Origin: Minisyncoccota bacterium
GTDB taxonomy: Bacteria; Patescibacteriota; Minisyncoccia; Phycocordibacterales; UBA9973
Length of the DNA: 64,000 nt
Assembly (NCBI GenBank): GCA_039915165.1
Contig: JBDSNU010000018.1
Location: 2,064 to 66,063, forward strand
Direction of reading: 5' to 3'
A program made the translations under genes and the position numbers. The notes under the pieces were generated by a model. The model was not told where the DNA came from. It worked only from the letters and a program-made list of their open reading frames with translations, and made no database searches. Shown here piece by piece: positions 18,985-28,732 of this stretch (positions within the stretch are counted from its first letter, which is position 1; every line of letters begins with the position of its first letter).

Positions 18985-20346
18985 TTATTTGAACAGGATT
19001 CTGATATCTTCCAACTCTTTCATTAAATGTGGATCACTAACTAATTCACCTTTAATTTTTTCATACGAGTGAATAACGGTAGTGTGGTCTTTGCCACCAA
19101 GTTTGGCACCGATAGATGGATATGATTCATTGAAGTCTTCACGAAGAACAAACATGATGATCTGACGTGCTCGAACTATTTCTTTCCTACGGGTTTTTTC
19201 ATAAATAACCTGTTCATCGAGATTGTAATAATCTGAAACCATTTTCACTACTGAATCAATAGAGATAACACGCTTCGGTTTAACACTATTTTTGATCAAT
19301 AGTTTGATTTCACTAAGACTAATAGCTTTTTGACGCATACTTGAATGCATAGAGATCAGGTTTAATACTCCTTCTATTTCACGGATACTACCTGTTACTA
19401 CAGAAGCTATATATGCCAATACTTCTGGATCTAAAGGAAATTCTTGTTGAATACTCTTTTCTTTAATGATTGCCATTCGAGACTCAAGATCTGGTTCTTG
19501 AATATCAATAGTCATACCAGCATTGAAACGAGTTTTAAGGCGATCTTCTAAACCAATAATATGGTTAGGGTGTTTATCAGATGAAAAAATAATATTCTTA
19601 TTTTGTTCATATAACACATTGAAGATATGAAAGAGTGCATTTTGTGTTCCCTCTTTACCTGAGATGAATTGAATATCATCCATGATCAGCACATCGAACT
19701 TACAATACTTATCTTGAAATGATTGCTGACGGTTGTTTTGCACTGAAGAAACATATTCATTCATGAATTTTTCTAGACTAGTGTATAGCACTTTTTTATC
19801 TGGATAGAGTTTTTTGATTTCATTGCCTACTGCTTGAATAAGGTGAGTTTTTCCTAGACCACTTGAACCATAAATAAATAATGGGTTATAAGCATTTTGT
19901 AGACGCTTCACTACTCCTTGAGCAGATGCACAGGCTAGTTCATTAAAAGGCCCTACGATGAATGTATCGAATGTATAACGAGGGTTAAGATTGTCATCTC
20001 TATTGATATAAAGGTTTTGCAGAGGGAGTGTTGATGGTTGATCTACTGCTGGGGCAGAAAAAAGATTATTATCAGTAGAAGGTGTAGGAGTTGCGAGGCG
20101 ACTAATGATGAATTCTACTCCCCGTATATGTGAAGCGTTTTCAACAATAGTTTTCAATATAAGCTTTTGGTATTTTGTCATTAACCATTCACGAACGAAT
20201 TCGTTTGGCACACTAACATAAATAATACCCTCTTCTTCTTTGTTAATACCGGTGTTTTTAAACCAAGTCGTAAAAGTAGCCTTGGTAAGCTGTGATTCGA
20301 TCACACCGAGACAGGTATTCCAAAGTTGAGTGAGAGTGGTTTCCAT
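18985..20346 (-). CDS. dnaA: Chromosomal replication initiator protein DnaA
   Basis: AAA+ Walker A GSSGLGKTHL, Walker B LIMDDIQF, C-terminal DNA-binding domain; 453 aa. Confidence 0.95.
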   Translation of the reverse strand: METTLTQLWNTCLGVIESQLTKATFTTWFKNTGINKEEEGIIYVSVPNEFVREWLMTKYQKLILKTIVENASHIRGVEFIISRLATPTPSTDNNLFSAPAVDQPSTLPLQNLYINRDDNLNPRYTFDTFIVGPFNELACASAQGVVKRLQNAYNPLFIYGSSGLGKTHLIQAVGNEIKKLYPDKKVLYTSLEKFMNEYVSSVQNNRQQSFQDKYCKFDVLIMDDIQFISGKEGTQNALFHIFNVLYEQNKNIIFSSDKHPNHIIGLEDRLKTRFNAGMTIDIQEPDLESRMAIIKEKSIQQEFPLDPEVLAYIASVVTGSIREIEGVLNLISMHSSMRQKAISLSEIKLLIKNSVKPKRVISIDSVVKMVSDYYNLDEQVIYEKTRRKEIVRARQIIMFVLREDFNESYPSIGAKLGGKDHTTVIHSYEKIKGELVSDPHLMKELEDIRILFK

Positions 20347-20385
20347 TGATTACATCATACAGACTTTTTCCATTATCTAATAAAA

Positions 20386-20417
20386 GTGGATAAGCTGTGG
20401 ATTGAGTGGATTATAGC
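20386..20417. promoter_or_regulatory. DnaA-box cluster upstream of dnaA (oriC/dnaA autoregulatory region)
   Basis: Three tandem boxes: gtggataag, tgtggattg, gtggattat. Confidence 0.6.
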
Positions 20418-20481
20418 AGATATTGAAGCAATTTTGACTACTTGATTTGTAGGATATTTTTGTGTATAGTGCACCTACTCT

Positions 20482-20619
20482 ATGTCTCAAACATATCAGC
20501 CAAAAAAGAAGAAACGAGCAACAACACACGGATTTCTAGTTCGTAGTGCTAGTGCTACTGGCCGAAAAGTATTGCTTGCTCGTCGCCGTAAAGGTCGCAC
20601 TCAGCTCACTACTGTTTAG
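20482..20619 (+). CDS. rpmH: 50S ribosomal protein L34
   Basis: Manual translation [45 protein letters not shown]. Below the ORF-track length cutoff. Confidence 0.85.
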   Translation: MSQTYQPKKKKRATTHGFLVRSASATGRKVLLARRRKGRTQLTTV

Positions 20620-20622
20620 CTT

Positions 20623-20946
20623 ATGCTGCCGTCAGTTAAACGGCTTTCCCGTAATAATGTTAATTCCCTCCTTTTACATTCAGGTTTAAAGGTGGTTTTT
20701 AATCGTCTAGGTACATTAAAGTATGTAAATTCATTAGAAAATGCGGCATTTACAGTAGTAACTGGGGCAAAAAATCAAAAAAAGGCAGTGTTACGCAATA
20801 AAGTCCGCCGTCAGTTGTACACATTATTCAATAAAAATAAGGATATTTCGTTTATTGGTATACTTTATGTATCAAAACAGGTATATGATATGTCTTATAT
20901 GGAACTTAAGACAAATTTAGATGCATTGGTTAAAAAAACTGCCTAA
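20623..20946 (+). CDS. rnpA: Ribonuclease P protein component
   Basis: 107-aa basic protein directly after rpmH. Confidence 0.8.
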   Translation: MLPSVKRLSRNNVNSLLLHSGLKVVFNRLGTLKYVNSLENAAFTVVTGAKNQKKAVLRNKVRRQLYTLFNKNKDISFIGILYVSKQVYDMSYMELKTNLDALVKKTA

Positions 20947-21151
20947 TTACCTTGCTTTAGGGGTTATTTGGCTATATCGGACATTTATTGCTCCTTTTTA
21001 TACAAAACCGCATTGTATTTTTTACCCGACTTGCTCTCAATATGGTCAGGAATGCTTTAAAAAGTACCCTTTTTGGACTGCTTTGCGAAAAACACTACAT
21101 AGAATCAGTCGCTGTCATCCAGGTAATGATCCCCAGGTTGACCTGCCATAA
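20921..21151 (+). CDS. yidD: Membrane protein insertion efficiency factor YidD
   Basis: Conserved YRTFIAPF...CIFYPTCSQY...RISRCHP motifs. Confidence 0.85.
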   Translation: MHWLKKLPNYLALGVIWLYRTFIAPFYTKPHCIFYPTCSQYGQECFKKYPFWTALRKTLHRISRCHPGNDPQVDLP

Positions 21152-21169
21152 TATGCTATAATCATCTCC

Positions 21170-21895
21170 ATGATTACCCTTTGGAATATAGTTATTTATC
21201 AGCCACTTTATAATGCACTTATCTTTATTGCACAGCATATTACCTTCCAAGATGTTGGTTTAGCTGTTATTGTTTTGACGATTATTATTCGCCTAGCACT
21301 CTTCCCTCTTAGTAAGAAGAGTATTGTTGGGCAATATAAAATGCGTGCATTGGAACCAAAACTTCAAGCTGTTAAAGATAAAGGTCTTACAAAAGAAGAA
21401 GAAGCTCAGGCAACGATGGCTATCTATAAAGAAGAAAAGATCAATCCTTTTTCCGGATGTCTTTATTTGATCATTCAACTCCCTATTCTTTTGGCTCTAT
21501 ATCGAACATTTTCAAATGGTATTGTTCAACCGCAACACCTCTATAGTTTTTTAAGCACAGATAATTTGAAGAACATGTTCCTCGGATTGATTGATATTAC
21601 TAAGCCATTCCTCCCTCTTGCTATCTTAGCCGGTATTACACAAGCCATTCAAGCATTCCTTGCTCCAGCCCCTGCTGCACCAGCTCGTAAAGGTGATAAC
21701 AATATGCAAAATCAGCTCGCACAGAGTCTTGCTGTACAAACTAAGTATATCCTCCCTATTATCATTATAGTGATCGCTAGTCGCCTTGCAGCCGCTGTAG
21801 CCCTATACTGGACAGTAGCGAACCTCTTCTCTATCTTGCAAGAATTATATCTACGTAAAACTGTAAGAAATAAACTCGTCCTCGATAATAAATAA
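21170..21895 (+). CDS. yidC: YidC/Oxa1-family membrane insertase (short form)
   Basis: Polytopic membrane protein with the conserved YidC core, in the rpmH-rnpA-yidD-yidC synteny. Confidence 0.85.
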   Translation: MITLWNIVIYQPLYNALIFIAQHITFQDVGLAVIVLTIIIRLALFPLSKKSIVGQYKMRALEPKLQAVKDKGLTKEEEAQATMAIYKEEKINPFSGCLYLIIQLPILLALYRTFSNGIVQPQHLYSFLSTDNLKNMFLGLIDITKPFLPLAILAGITQAIQAFLAPAPAAPARKGDNNMQNQLAQSLAVQTKYILPIIIIVIASRLAAAVALYWTVANLFSILQELYLRKTVRNKLVLDNK

Positions 21896-21898
21896 AAC

Positions 21899-21925
21899 AA
21901 AAAAAGCCGATATCGGCTTTTTTTA
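21899..21925. terminator. Bidirectional terminator (aaaaaagccgatatcggcttttttt)
   Basis: Perfect hairpin with A-run and T-run, between the yidC stop and the end of the T4SS-like cluster. Confidence 0.65.
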
Positions 21926-23176
21926 ATATTTATTACTATATAAAAGACCTGTATTTTTATCGATGAAGAACACTAATTGTTGAGCTTCGTCTACTTGAAT
22001 GTTTATCATATCGTATGTGGGGATTCCGGCGGTATAGATTGTGCTGAATGTATTTGAAGCAGTATTTATTTGATATAAGTTGTCATTGAAGTGATTGATA
22101 CCGGCATACCAACTATCGGGATATACAGCAGGATCAACACTGGTATTTCCTGCACAGATAAGGTTTTCATTTTGCAGCCACGCGCATTTTTCTGGCAAAA
22201 TATTGAGACTGATAGCAGAAATAGTGCTAGTCTTTGAATTATAAATTTTAGTACTAAATCCTGTATCGGAACTTTCAGAATAGAGAACGTATTGACCACT
22301 TGGGCTTACAGAAGTAGTGAGTCCTTTGATATTCCCTACTATTCGTTTGAGGCGTGAACTCGATTGGTCTAATAGATATACATATCCATCAGTCTTGGAT
22401 GCAGCTTTTGTTTGTAGATACACACCAGAAGTAGTCCATTGAGGCAACCATGACATAAAAGTAGAAGTAAAAAGTTTTTTGATTGATGATCCTGTAGTAG
22501 TAGAACTACTTACGGTTGTACCTTTTGCATCACGAGTAATTCTTACAACACTTTTTTGATCAGGAGAAACTGTAAGATTGTAAATATTATCCGAAAGATA
22601 AATCCCTGGAACTTGAGTTCGTGTACCATCGGAGTTTAGGGGCGGTACTGGAATACTATAAGTAGCAATAGTGTTGTTATCATTACGTAAAAATCGCAAA
22701 ATAGCAGTGTTATTACTATCTGCGAACATTGCCTCATAAATATTTGGAATAAAAATATTACTTACCTGTAGAGGGATTTCTTTATTTTTTATTTCATATA
22801 CATACCCATTAACTCTCGATACATACCGTACATAATGGTCAGTAATATATGTAATGATGGGTTTAATTTTTGGATCTGTTGAAGGAATAGAAACAGGCGT
22901 GGTAATACTGTAAATGGTATACCCAGCTATTGGTCGCGGTGAAAGTTGTTTCAATGCTGGTTCAGATGCAGCTGCTCCAGCATTTGCATCAATAGGACTT
23001 CCATCGGGGTTGGTATCTGGACCAAAGTTATTGCCGGTACTTGTCGTTTTTGGAAAAAATGACGTTAAGATATTTGGTACCGGTTGGCCAGTAGTTACAC
23101 GAGGACGAATATAGAAAAAATATACTCCACCGATAACGACTAGAACCACTAATAAAATTATGAGAGCTTTCCGCAT
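21923..23176 (-). CDS. N-terminally anchored extracytoplasmic protein (417 aa), TolB-like beta-propeller-like repeats; last gene of the T4SS-like cluster
   Basis: TM MRKALIILLVVLVVIGGVYFFYI; repeated SPDQKS / SPSGQYVLYSE motifs. Confidence 0.45.
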   Translation of the reverse strand: MRKALIILLVVLVVIGGVYFFYIRPRVTTGQPVPNILTSFFPKTTSTGNNFGPDTNPDGSPIDANAGAAASEPALKQLSPRPIAGYTIYSITTPVSIPSTDPKIKPIITYITDHYVRYVSRVNGYVYEIKNKEIPLQVSNIFIPNIYEAMFADSNNTAILRFLRNDNNTIATYSIPVPPLNSDGTRTQVPGIYLSDNIYNLTVSPDQKSVVRITRDAKGTTVSSSTTTGSSIKKLFTSTFMSWLPQWTTSGVYLQTKAASKTDGYVYLLDQSSSRLKRIVGNIKGLTTSVSPSGQYVLYSESSDTGFSTKIYNSKTSTISAISLNILPEKCAWLQNENLICAGNTSVDPAVYPDSWYAGINHFNDNLYQINTASNTFSTIYTAGIPTYDMINIQVDEAQQLVFFIDKNTGLLYSNKY

Positions 23177-23193
23177 ATGAATATTGTACTATA

Positions 23194-24843
23194 CTATCTC
23201 CCATCAACAGACCAGTGCCATGGTTCCTTCGAGAAGTTTTTAAGACCATAAGAAGGCTGCGAAGCATTATTCTGCAGCCATATAAAGCATTTATTATCAT
23301 GAGTACTAATGGTATCTGTTGCATTACCACAGGTGAAATCAAACGCCAGACCACTTTCATGATTTGAATGTCCAGGTACAGCAGTTGGCGGTTTACAAAT
23401 CGCTTTTGAGTTTGTTGTGTCACCATTACAATGAGCTTTACGCAAAGCAACCTGTTGTGCATTTGTTCTAAAACCTCCACCTTCTAATATTATGCCTTGA
23501 GCATAGGCAGCTGTAAGCATTCTAGTAAGGTTTGGTGCTATTGTTCTACATGCTAAAAATGATGATTTTTGTACAGTTACTCTTGTTATACCAGCAGTAC
23601 ATATTCCTGCAGCTCCCTCAGGTGCGGAAATATTGCCTTGGTTGATCAAAGGATCTGCATCTTCATCAGGTTGGATACCAATTGCCAGTTGTGCCGGGCC
23701 AATATTGTTATTGCTCACCAGTTTGGGGTTTATAGTATTTAAAATAATATAAGAAGTCATCGCAAGTAATAGTCCTCCTAATGCTGCAAAGAATGCGCCT
23801 TTGGAACTTGCTTTCAAAAAGGGCACATCAGTCATCATGTATTGGTAGCCCTCAAACATGAGACGGAATACCAGCATAACGGCAGATAGTCCGATCAAAA
23901 GATTTAATGCGTAGTTAAGTACATCGTTCATATCACAAAATTTCGGCCCAGCAGTTCCTGATGCTGCGGCAGTTGCACGTTGTTGAGCACAGAGATCGGG
24001 GTCGGGTAATACTTTTAGATCAGGGAAACCAGAGAGTAATGTATAACTATGCTGCGTATTGTAAGAGGCTTGGTCGGTAGTGGTAGAAATAATGTTGCCA
24101 GTACTACTATTGAAATGACCAACGGCATCGTTTACAGAATTTCCATTTAAGGTCACTATCTGTTGAATATAATACACAGCACTAGGGCCGAGTGAGTTCA
24201 AGCGCCATTGATAGGTGCCATCCTCATTTATCCCTTCTACACCTTTACTATTTTCACTATGGAGTGGACCACGAGCATCGGTCAGACTTTTTGCACCATC
24301 TGCTTGCGGGGTTTGAGTGTAATATAGCTCCGCCTTAAAACTACCTGGACTGAAACTACTTACTTTATCAATGTTAATTTTACCTGTTACTAAAATACTC
24401 CCACTAGTTTCCAGTGTTGTTACGAGGTGATCAATAGGAATACTAGCAGCAGCTGTTTTTACAGAAACTGTCGGAGTAATATATTTACCATCACCGCCCT
24501 TTGCCGGGAAGTCTACTACGCGTGCATAGTAAACAGTGTTTGCTTTGAATCCAGTGATTGACCAGGTCACAGTGCCTGTAGTTAATGGAGATGCCCCTGT
24601 CGGTCTTTTAATTGTAGGATCTATAGTTGTTACAGCACTCGGCCCTTTACCACTATATGTATCTCCTGCTGGGAAAGCATCTGTTTGTAGTACAAGTTTA
24701 TACGTATCACTGATCAATGCATCGGTCATTGTTGCATTGATCGTAACCTCTTTTGGTTTTTCAATAGTAAGGTTGTATGCAGCGAAACTACGGCCGACGA
24801 TTAGTAGGGTGAAAATAAATGTTAGCCACAGTATTTTTTTCAT
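23194..24843 (-). CDS. Fusion protein: signal peptide + ~300-aa extracellular domain + two TM helices + C-terminal M15 (VanY-like D-Ala-D-Ala carboxypeptidase) peptidase domain; candidate cell-wall hydrolase of the T4SS-like cluster
   Basis: M15 zinc-peptidase motif VPGHSNHESGLAFDF near the C-terminus. Central hydrophobic pair LLIGLSAVMLVFRLMF / FFAALGGLLLAMTSYIIL. Confidence 0.6.
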   Translation of the reverse strand: MKKILWLTFIFTLLIVGRSFAAYNLTIEKPKEVTINATMTDALISDTYKLVLQTDAFPAGDTYSGKGPSAVTTIDPTIKRPTGASPLTTGTVTWSITGFKANTVYYARVVDFPAKGGDGKYITPTVSVKTAAASIPIDHLVTTLETSGSILVTGKINIDKVSSFSPGSFKAELYYTQTPQADGAKSLTDARGPLHSENSKGVEGINEDGTYQWRLNSLGPSAVYYIQQIVTLNGNSVNDAVGHFNSSTGNIISTTTDQASYNTQHSYTLLSGFPDLKVLPDPDLCAQQRATAAASGTAGPKFCDMNDVLNYALNLLIGLSAVMLVFRLMFEGYQYMMTDVPFLKASSKGAFFAALGGLLLAMTSYIILNTINPKLVSNNNIGPAQLAIGIQPDEDADPLINQGNISAPEGAAGICTAGITRVTVQKSSFLACRTIAPNLTRMLTAAYAQGIILEGGGFRTNAQQVALRKAHCNGDTTNSKAICKPPTAVPGHSNHESGLAFDFTCGNATDTISTHDNKCFIWLQNNASQPSYGLKNFSKEPWHWSVDGR

Positions 24844-24864
24844 AGCTTTAGTTTATCACGAAAA

Positions 24865-25836
24865 TTAATTGAAATTCACAGTAAAGCGCTTTGTGATGTT
24901 TTGAAGATTGAACACAATAGTACTTACTGCAGTTTTGAAGTTGGACTGCCCCCCGTTATCAGGACGTGAAAGCGGCAATTCGTTTTTTACACTAGCGGGT
25001 GTGAGGACTGTACCCGCATCATCTTTGTAAGAAAACGCTAAATCATGACTAAGGCTAATAGGTGCAGAGAAATAATAGGGCTCGAAGTGAACAAGAACAC
25101 CAGTGCTATAAGTTGAGAGGGTGCTTGTTGAACCATTGCTATAATCAATGAAGCCATCATTATTGAAATATCCAGCAACTACAGGATCTCCCGGGGTAAT
25201 CGTGATATCTGCATTGCCGGTGAAGCTGCCATTTTTTTCGGTAACAGCAATTTGTTCACTACTATTTAATCCGTCATTTTGAAATAAAATTGTATTTTTG
25301 CCATATCCAGAAGCACGCTGTAATGCATCACCATTTTGAGTCCAGCTGTAACTCATAGATTTGGGGGCGCTGATAGATGGTACTGCCATTACACGAATGA
25401 TTCCCCCAACTGAAGGAAGAGGAAGTCCTTTATAAAAGGGTGGCGTATAACTATCCGCACCTTCCCATAGCATATCTACGCTGGCTGGGCGCAATATTAA
25501 TGTTGCCGCTGATGTCTCAAAACTCCCGCCTGTAACAACAGCAGTAATTGTTCCTGTTACCCCACTCGCTGGCGCGGTAACAGTTATAGTGGTCAACCCC
25601 TTCCCGCCATCAATGGTTTTACTATTATATGTCCAGGTAATATTGGCCTGACTAATATCAGCACTATAGCTTTGTAGACTAATAGTAGTTTGCTGTAGTG
25701 GGAGTGGATTTACCGGCACGCTGGAAATACTAATATCGATCTGTGCACTTTGAGCGTGCACGATACGAACAATAAAAATTGCCGCAATTGCAATGCTTGT
25801 TATCAGGGTGCCTATTATGAGAGAGAAACGTTTCAC
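24865..25836 (-). CDS. Secreted protein (323 aa), unknown function, in the T4SS-like cluster
   Basis: Signal peptide MKRFSLIIGTLITSIAIAAIFIVRIVHA. Confidence 0.45.
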   Translation of the reverse strand: MKRFSLIIGTLITSIAIAAIFIVRIVHAQSAQIDISISSVPVNPLPLQQTTISLQSYSADISQANITWTYNSKTIDGGKGLTTITVTAPASGVTGTITAVVTGGSFETSAATLILRPASVDMLWEGADSYTPPFYKGLPLPSVGGIIRVMAVPSISAPKSMSYSWTQNGDALQRASGYGKNTILFQNDGLNSSEQIAVTEKNGSFTGNADITITPGDPVVAGYFNNDGFIDYSNGSTSTLSTYSTGVLVHFEPYYFSAPISLSHDLAFSYKDDAGTVLTPASVKNELPLSRPDNGGQSNFKTAVSTIVFNLQNITKRFTVNFN

Positions 25837-25863
25837 CTATTTATTATAGCAAAACTACGTACG

Positions 25864-27741
25864 TTATGCTCTTTGTTGAGACTGAGAAAATTCGTGCTTA
25901 GCTTTTTGAATAGAAATAACTTGAGAAGGATCAGAGGTAATGATTTGATCTTCCGTATAGGAAGCGATAATCTTGATTGCCACATGTTTAAGTCCAGCAA
26001 AGAAAATGCCTTCCCCTACCCCTGATTCTAACAATAGATACTTTTCTTCATCAGTAAGATTGAATGTCTTTTGCAGCACATCCATGGTTGATGGAGATTG
26101 TTTTAGCAATAGCTGAATAGAAGAGTTGGTAATAATCGGTACACCATAAGGACTTTTCATGAAATCCCCCACGTCTTGAGTGATAGTACATAGTCCAAGA
26201 TAGTATTTACGTCCACGCTTTGCGATAGAGTATAGGAAAGAAGCAGTATCATCTGACTTCATCATCCACCAGGCCTCATCAACAACAAGTAATCGTTTTT
26301 TGAGCTCTTTGCGTACAGCATTCCAAATAAAGTGCGTAACAATATACATTGCTGCCGGCTTTAAGTCGTCTTCCATGTCACGGACAGAAAACACTACAAA
26401 TTTTTTATTAATATCAACGTTTGTTGGCTGGTTGATGAAGCTTGCCCATGAGCCATGAGTATATTTTGTCAGTCGCTGTAAAATAGAATCAGTCCCCTCC
26501 ATACCAGAGAGCACCATTTCAAAGTCAGAGAGTAGGGGTGGTTCAATCGTAGAAAAGTCAGAGTCAGCGCTAATATCTTTCAATGAATATGTTTCTGTGA
26601 TAGCACGGTCGATAATAGAGTCTTCTTCTGCACTCAACCCTCCCAACATAATACGGAATAGTCCAACCAGGTTAATAATGTTGCTGCGCAATACATCAGC
26701 AGATGATTCATCTTCACGAGGGATTGGTAGATCAAAAGGGTTGATGTGGTGATCAGATGAAAGTGAAATATTGAAATAACGCCCGCCGATTGCTTCAGCC
26801 AAATACTCGTATTCCCTTTCCGGGTCGATCACAATAACATCTGTATCAAACATGAGTGTACGAATGATCTCGAGTTTTGTGGCATAACTTTTACCGGCAC
26901 CAGACTTAGCGAAAATAATTGAGTTATAGTTTTCTAGACTAAAGCGATCAAAGATCACCAAGCTTGAATTGTGACGGTTAACACCATACAAGATACCTGT
27001 TTCACTTGTTAAGTCGAACGAAACGAAAGGAAACATACTAGAAATAGGCTCGGAATTGAGCTTCTGTGTTACCTGTAGTTTGTCTGTACCAAGCGGCGCA
27101 ACTGTTTTGAAGCCATCTTCTTCCTGGAAGAGTGTTGGTTTTATATAAATAAGCTTTGATTCCAAAAGGGATTTGATCTCGCTTTCTGTACGGAAAAGGT
27201 CAGTTTCATTATCGGCATAGATAGTGATATACATACCAAGGTCAAACATTTTCTCCTGGGCTTGTGTGAGGTTGTCACGAAGTTCTTCAAGGTCTTCACG
27301 CGCAGTGTCGAGCATTGGATCACGAACCAACCCTTTTTGCTGACGAACAATGATCTGACTTTCTACTTCAGCGATCTTTTTCTGAAAGTGTTTCAAGAGC
27401 TCAGCCGTTTCGATTGGGTTGATATAAATAGCGATATCAAAAATCTTATCAAGGTTGATGATCGGCGTTAGCCAGTTGTCAGTTAGATAACGAGGGTATG
27501 AAATGATAAAAAACGTACGAACGATTTTATCACCGATACGCATGGATTTGGACGTTATTTCAATAGCAGAAGGAGCAATTTTGTCTGCCAGTTCCATTGT
27601 TTCCCATTCATGAACTTGATTTGATGAAATGGGCAAGAGGCCTCCGTTATCTTTCATGTGTATAGTATAACACCAGTAGTGCCTATCCGTTAGATTGGCT
27701 AGTGCTTTCTCCAGGGTTGAATGTTTTGTAGAGCACCTCAA
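25864..27741 (-). CDS. VirB4/TraC/PrgJ-like T4SS ATPase, major C-terminal portion (625 aa); the N-terminal 200 aa lie in a different frame
   Basis: Walker A FAKSGAGKSYATK, Walker B LLVVDEAWWMM, VirB4-type motif GLCTITQDVGDF. No ATG in frame; preceded by the out-of-frame fragment at 27683-28318. Confidence 0.8.
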   Translation of the reverse strand: MRCSTKHSTLEKALANLTDRHYWCYTIHMKDNGGLLPISSNQVHEWETMELADKIAPSAIEITSKSMRIGDKIVRTFFIISYPRYLTDNWLTPIINLDKIFDIAIYINPIETAELLKHFQKKIAEVESQIIVRQQKGLVRDPMLDTAREDLEELRDNLTQAQEKMFDLGMYITIYADNETDLFRTESEIKSLLESKLIYIKPTLFQEEDGFKTVAPLGTDKLQVTQKLNSEPISSMFPFVSFDLTSETGILYGVNRHNSSLVIFDRFSLENYNSIIFAKSGAGKSYATKLEIIRTLMFDTDVIVIDPEREYEYLAEAIGGRYFNISLSSDHHINPFDLPIPREDESSADVLRSNIINLVGLFRIMLGGLSAEEDSIIDRAITETYSLKDISADSDFSTIEPPLLSDFEMVLSGMEGTDSILQRLTKYTHGSWASFINQPTNVDINKKFVVFSVRDMEDDLKPAAMYIVTHFIWNAVRKELKKRLLVVDEAWWMMKSDDTASFLYSIAKRGRKYYLGLCTITQDVGDFMKSPYGVPIITNSSIQLLLKQSPSTMDVLQKTFNLTDEEKYLLLESGVGEGIFFAGLKHVAIKIIASYTEDQIITSDPSQVISIQKAKHEFSQSQQRA

Positions 27742-28318
27742 TCACCTCTTGTGTACCAAGTTGTACTAAGCGCAGCCCTACTCCTGAAAGTCCTTGTTCA
27801 ACAACACTTACTCGCTGCTCAAGCTGGGTGCGCTCTTCTTCGAAATCACTAATTGCTCCAGTATCTGAAATTGGTTTACTTTTTAAAAATGAGAAAAATC
27901 TCCCAATACCAGAGTTTTGTTTCAACACCGCAGGTATATAAGGAATAACAACGAAAAAGGATTTGCGCATCACATTCACTTGGTCAGTAAATGTTTGAAT
28001 GAATTGTATATACTCGCGTGTTTGGATCTGCAGCAATTGCTCAGTCTGTTCCTTTAGGCGATTTTCAAGGGTCAAAATGTATGGACGAACATCATAACGT
28101 CGAGACTGCACTACGATTTGTACTGGAAAATCAAGAGTATTTAAGAAATTTTGAAACTGTACCAGTGTTGCACGTTGCTCATCATATGACTTAAGACTCA
28201 AGTTGATAGAAGAAACCAGCACAATAGTACACAGTGTGCCGTCTTTCAATACGACGATACCATCGCGTACTTCTTGTACTGGAACGAATTGTTGTGCAGG
28301 TGTTGATGATACGGCCAT
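27683..28318 (-). CDS. VirB4/PrgJ-like ATPase N-terminal fragment (211 aa), split from the main ORF by a frameshift
   Basis: Resembles the N-terminal domain of Gram-positive VirB4 homologues (PVQEVRDGIVVLKDGTLCTIV). Overlaps the downstream frame by 56 nt. Confidence 0.55.
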   Translation of the reverse strand: MAVSSTPAQQFVPVQEVRDGIVVLKDGTLCTIVLVSSINLSLKSYDEQRATLVQFQNFLNTLDFPVQIVVQSRRYDVRPYILTLENRLKEQTEQLLQIQTREYIQFIQTFTDQVNVMRKSFFVVIPYIPAVLKQNSGIGRFFSFLKSKPISDTGAISDFEEERTQLEQRVSVVEQGLSGVGLRLVQLGTQEVIEVLYKTFNPGESTSQSNG

Positions 28319-28326
28319 GAGAATTT

Positions 28327-28731
28327 CTATACTTTATTTTTGGGGTCAATCACGTCGACGCTCCAAGACAATGTCTTGAGCTTACTCTCGCTCATTGTAG
28401 CACGGTCACCTGAAAGAGATGTTGTAGGACGTGCTGTCGCATTGTTTCTATTAGAATCCTTATGCCATAGATACAATCTTGAGTGGCTATAGAAATTAAT
28501 AAATGATTCAACAACGTTGATAAATGGCTTATCATTATATTTCATAAAAGCTAATGCCCCTGCAAAAATAACAACGGCTGGACCAACAACAATTGCGATG
28601 ATGGTCGGCAAGAAATGAAATGCCAAATACCCTAACCCTGCTCCCCCAGCAAGATATGCAAATTGTTTGAAGGTAAGCGGGCCAAACACTTTGTCTTCCA
28701 TATCAATAAATTGTGGAACTTTGAATTGCAT
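28327..28731 (-). CDS. PrgI/VirB3-like small membrane protein
   Basis: VPQFIDMEDKVFGPLTFKQFAYLAGGAGLGYLAF followed by two TM helices, immediately upstream of VirB4. Confidence 0.5.
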   Translation of the reverse strand: MQFKVPQFIDMEDKVFGPLTFKQFAYLAGGAGLGYLAFHFLPTIIAIVVGPAVVIFAGALAFMKYNDKPFINVVESFINFYSHSRLYLWHKDSNRNNATARPTTSLSGDRATMSESKLKTLSWSVDVIDPKNKV

Positions 28732-28732
28732 A

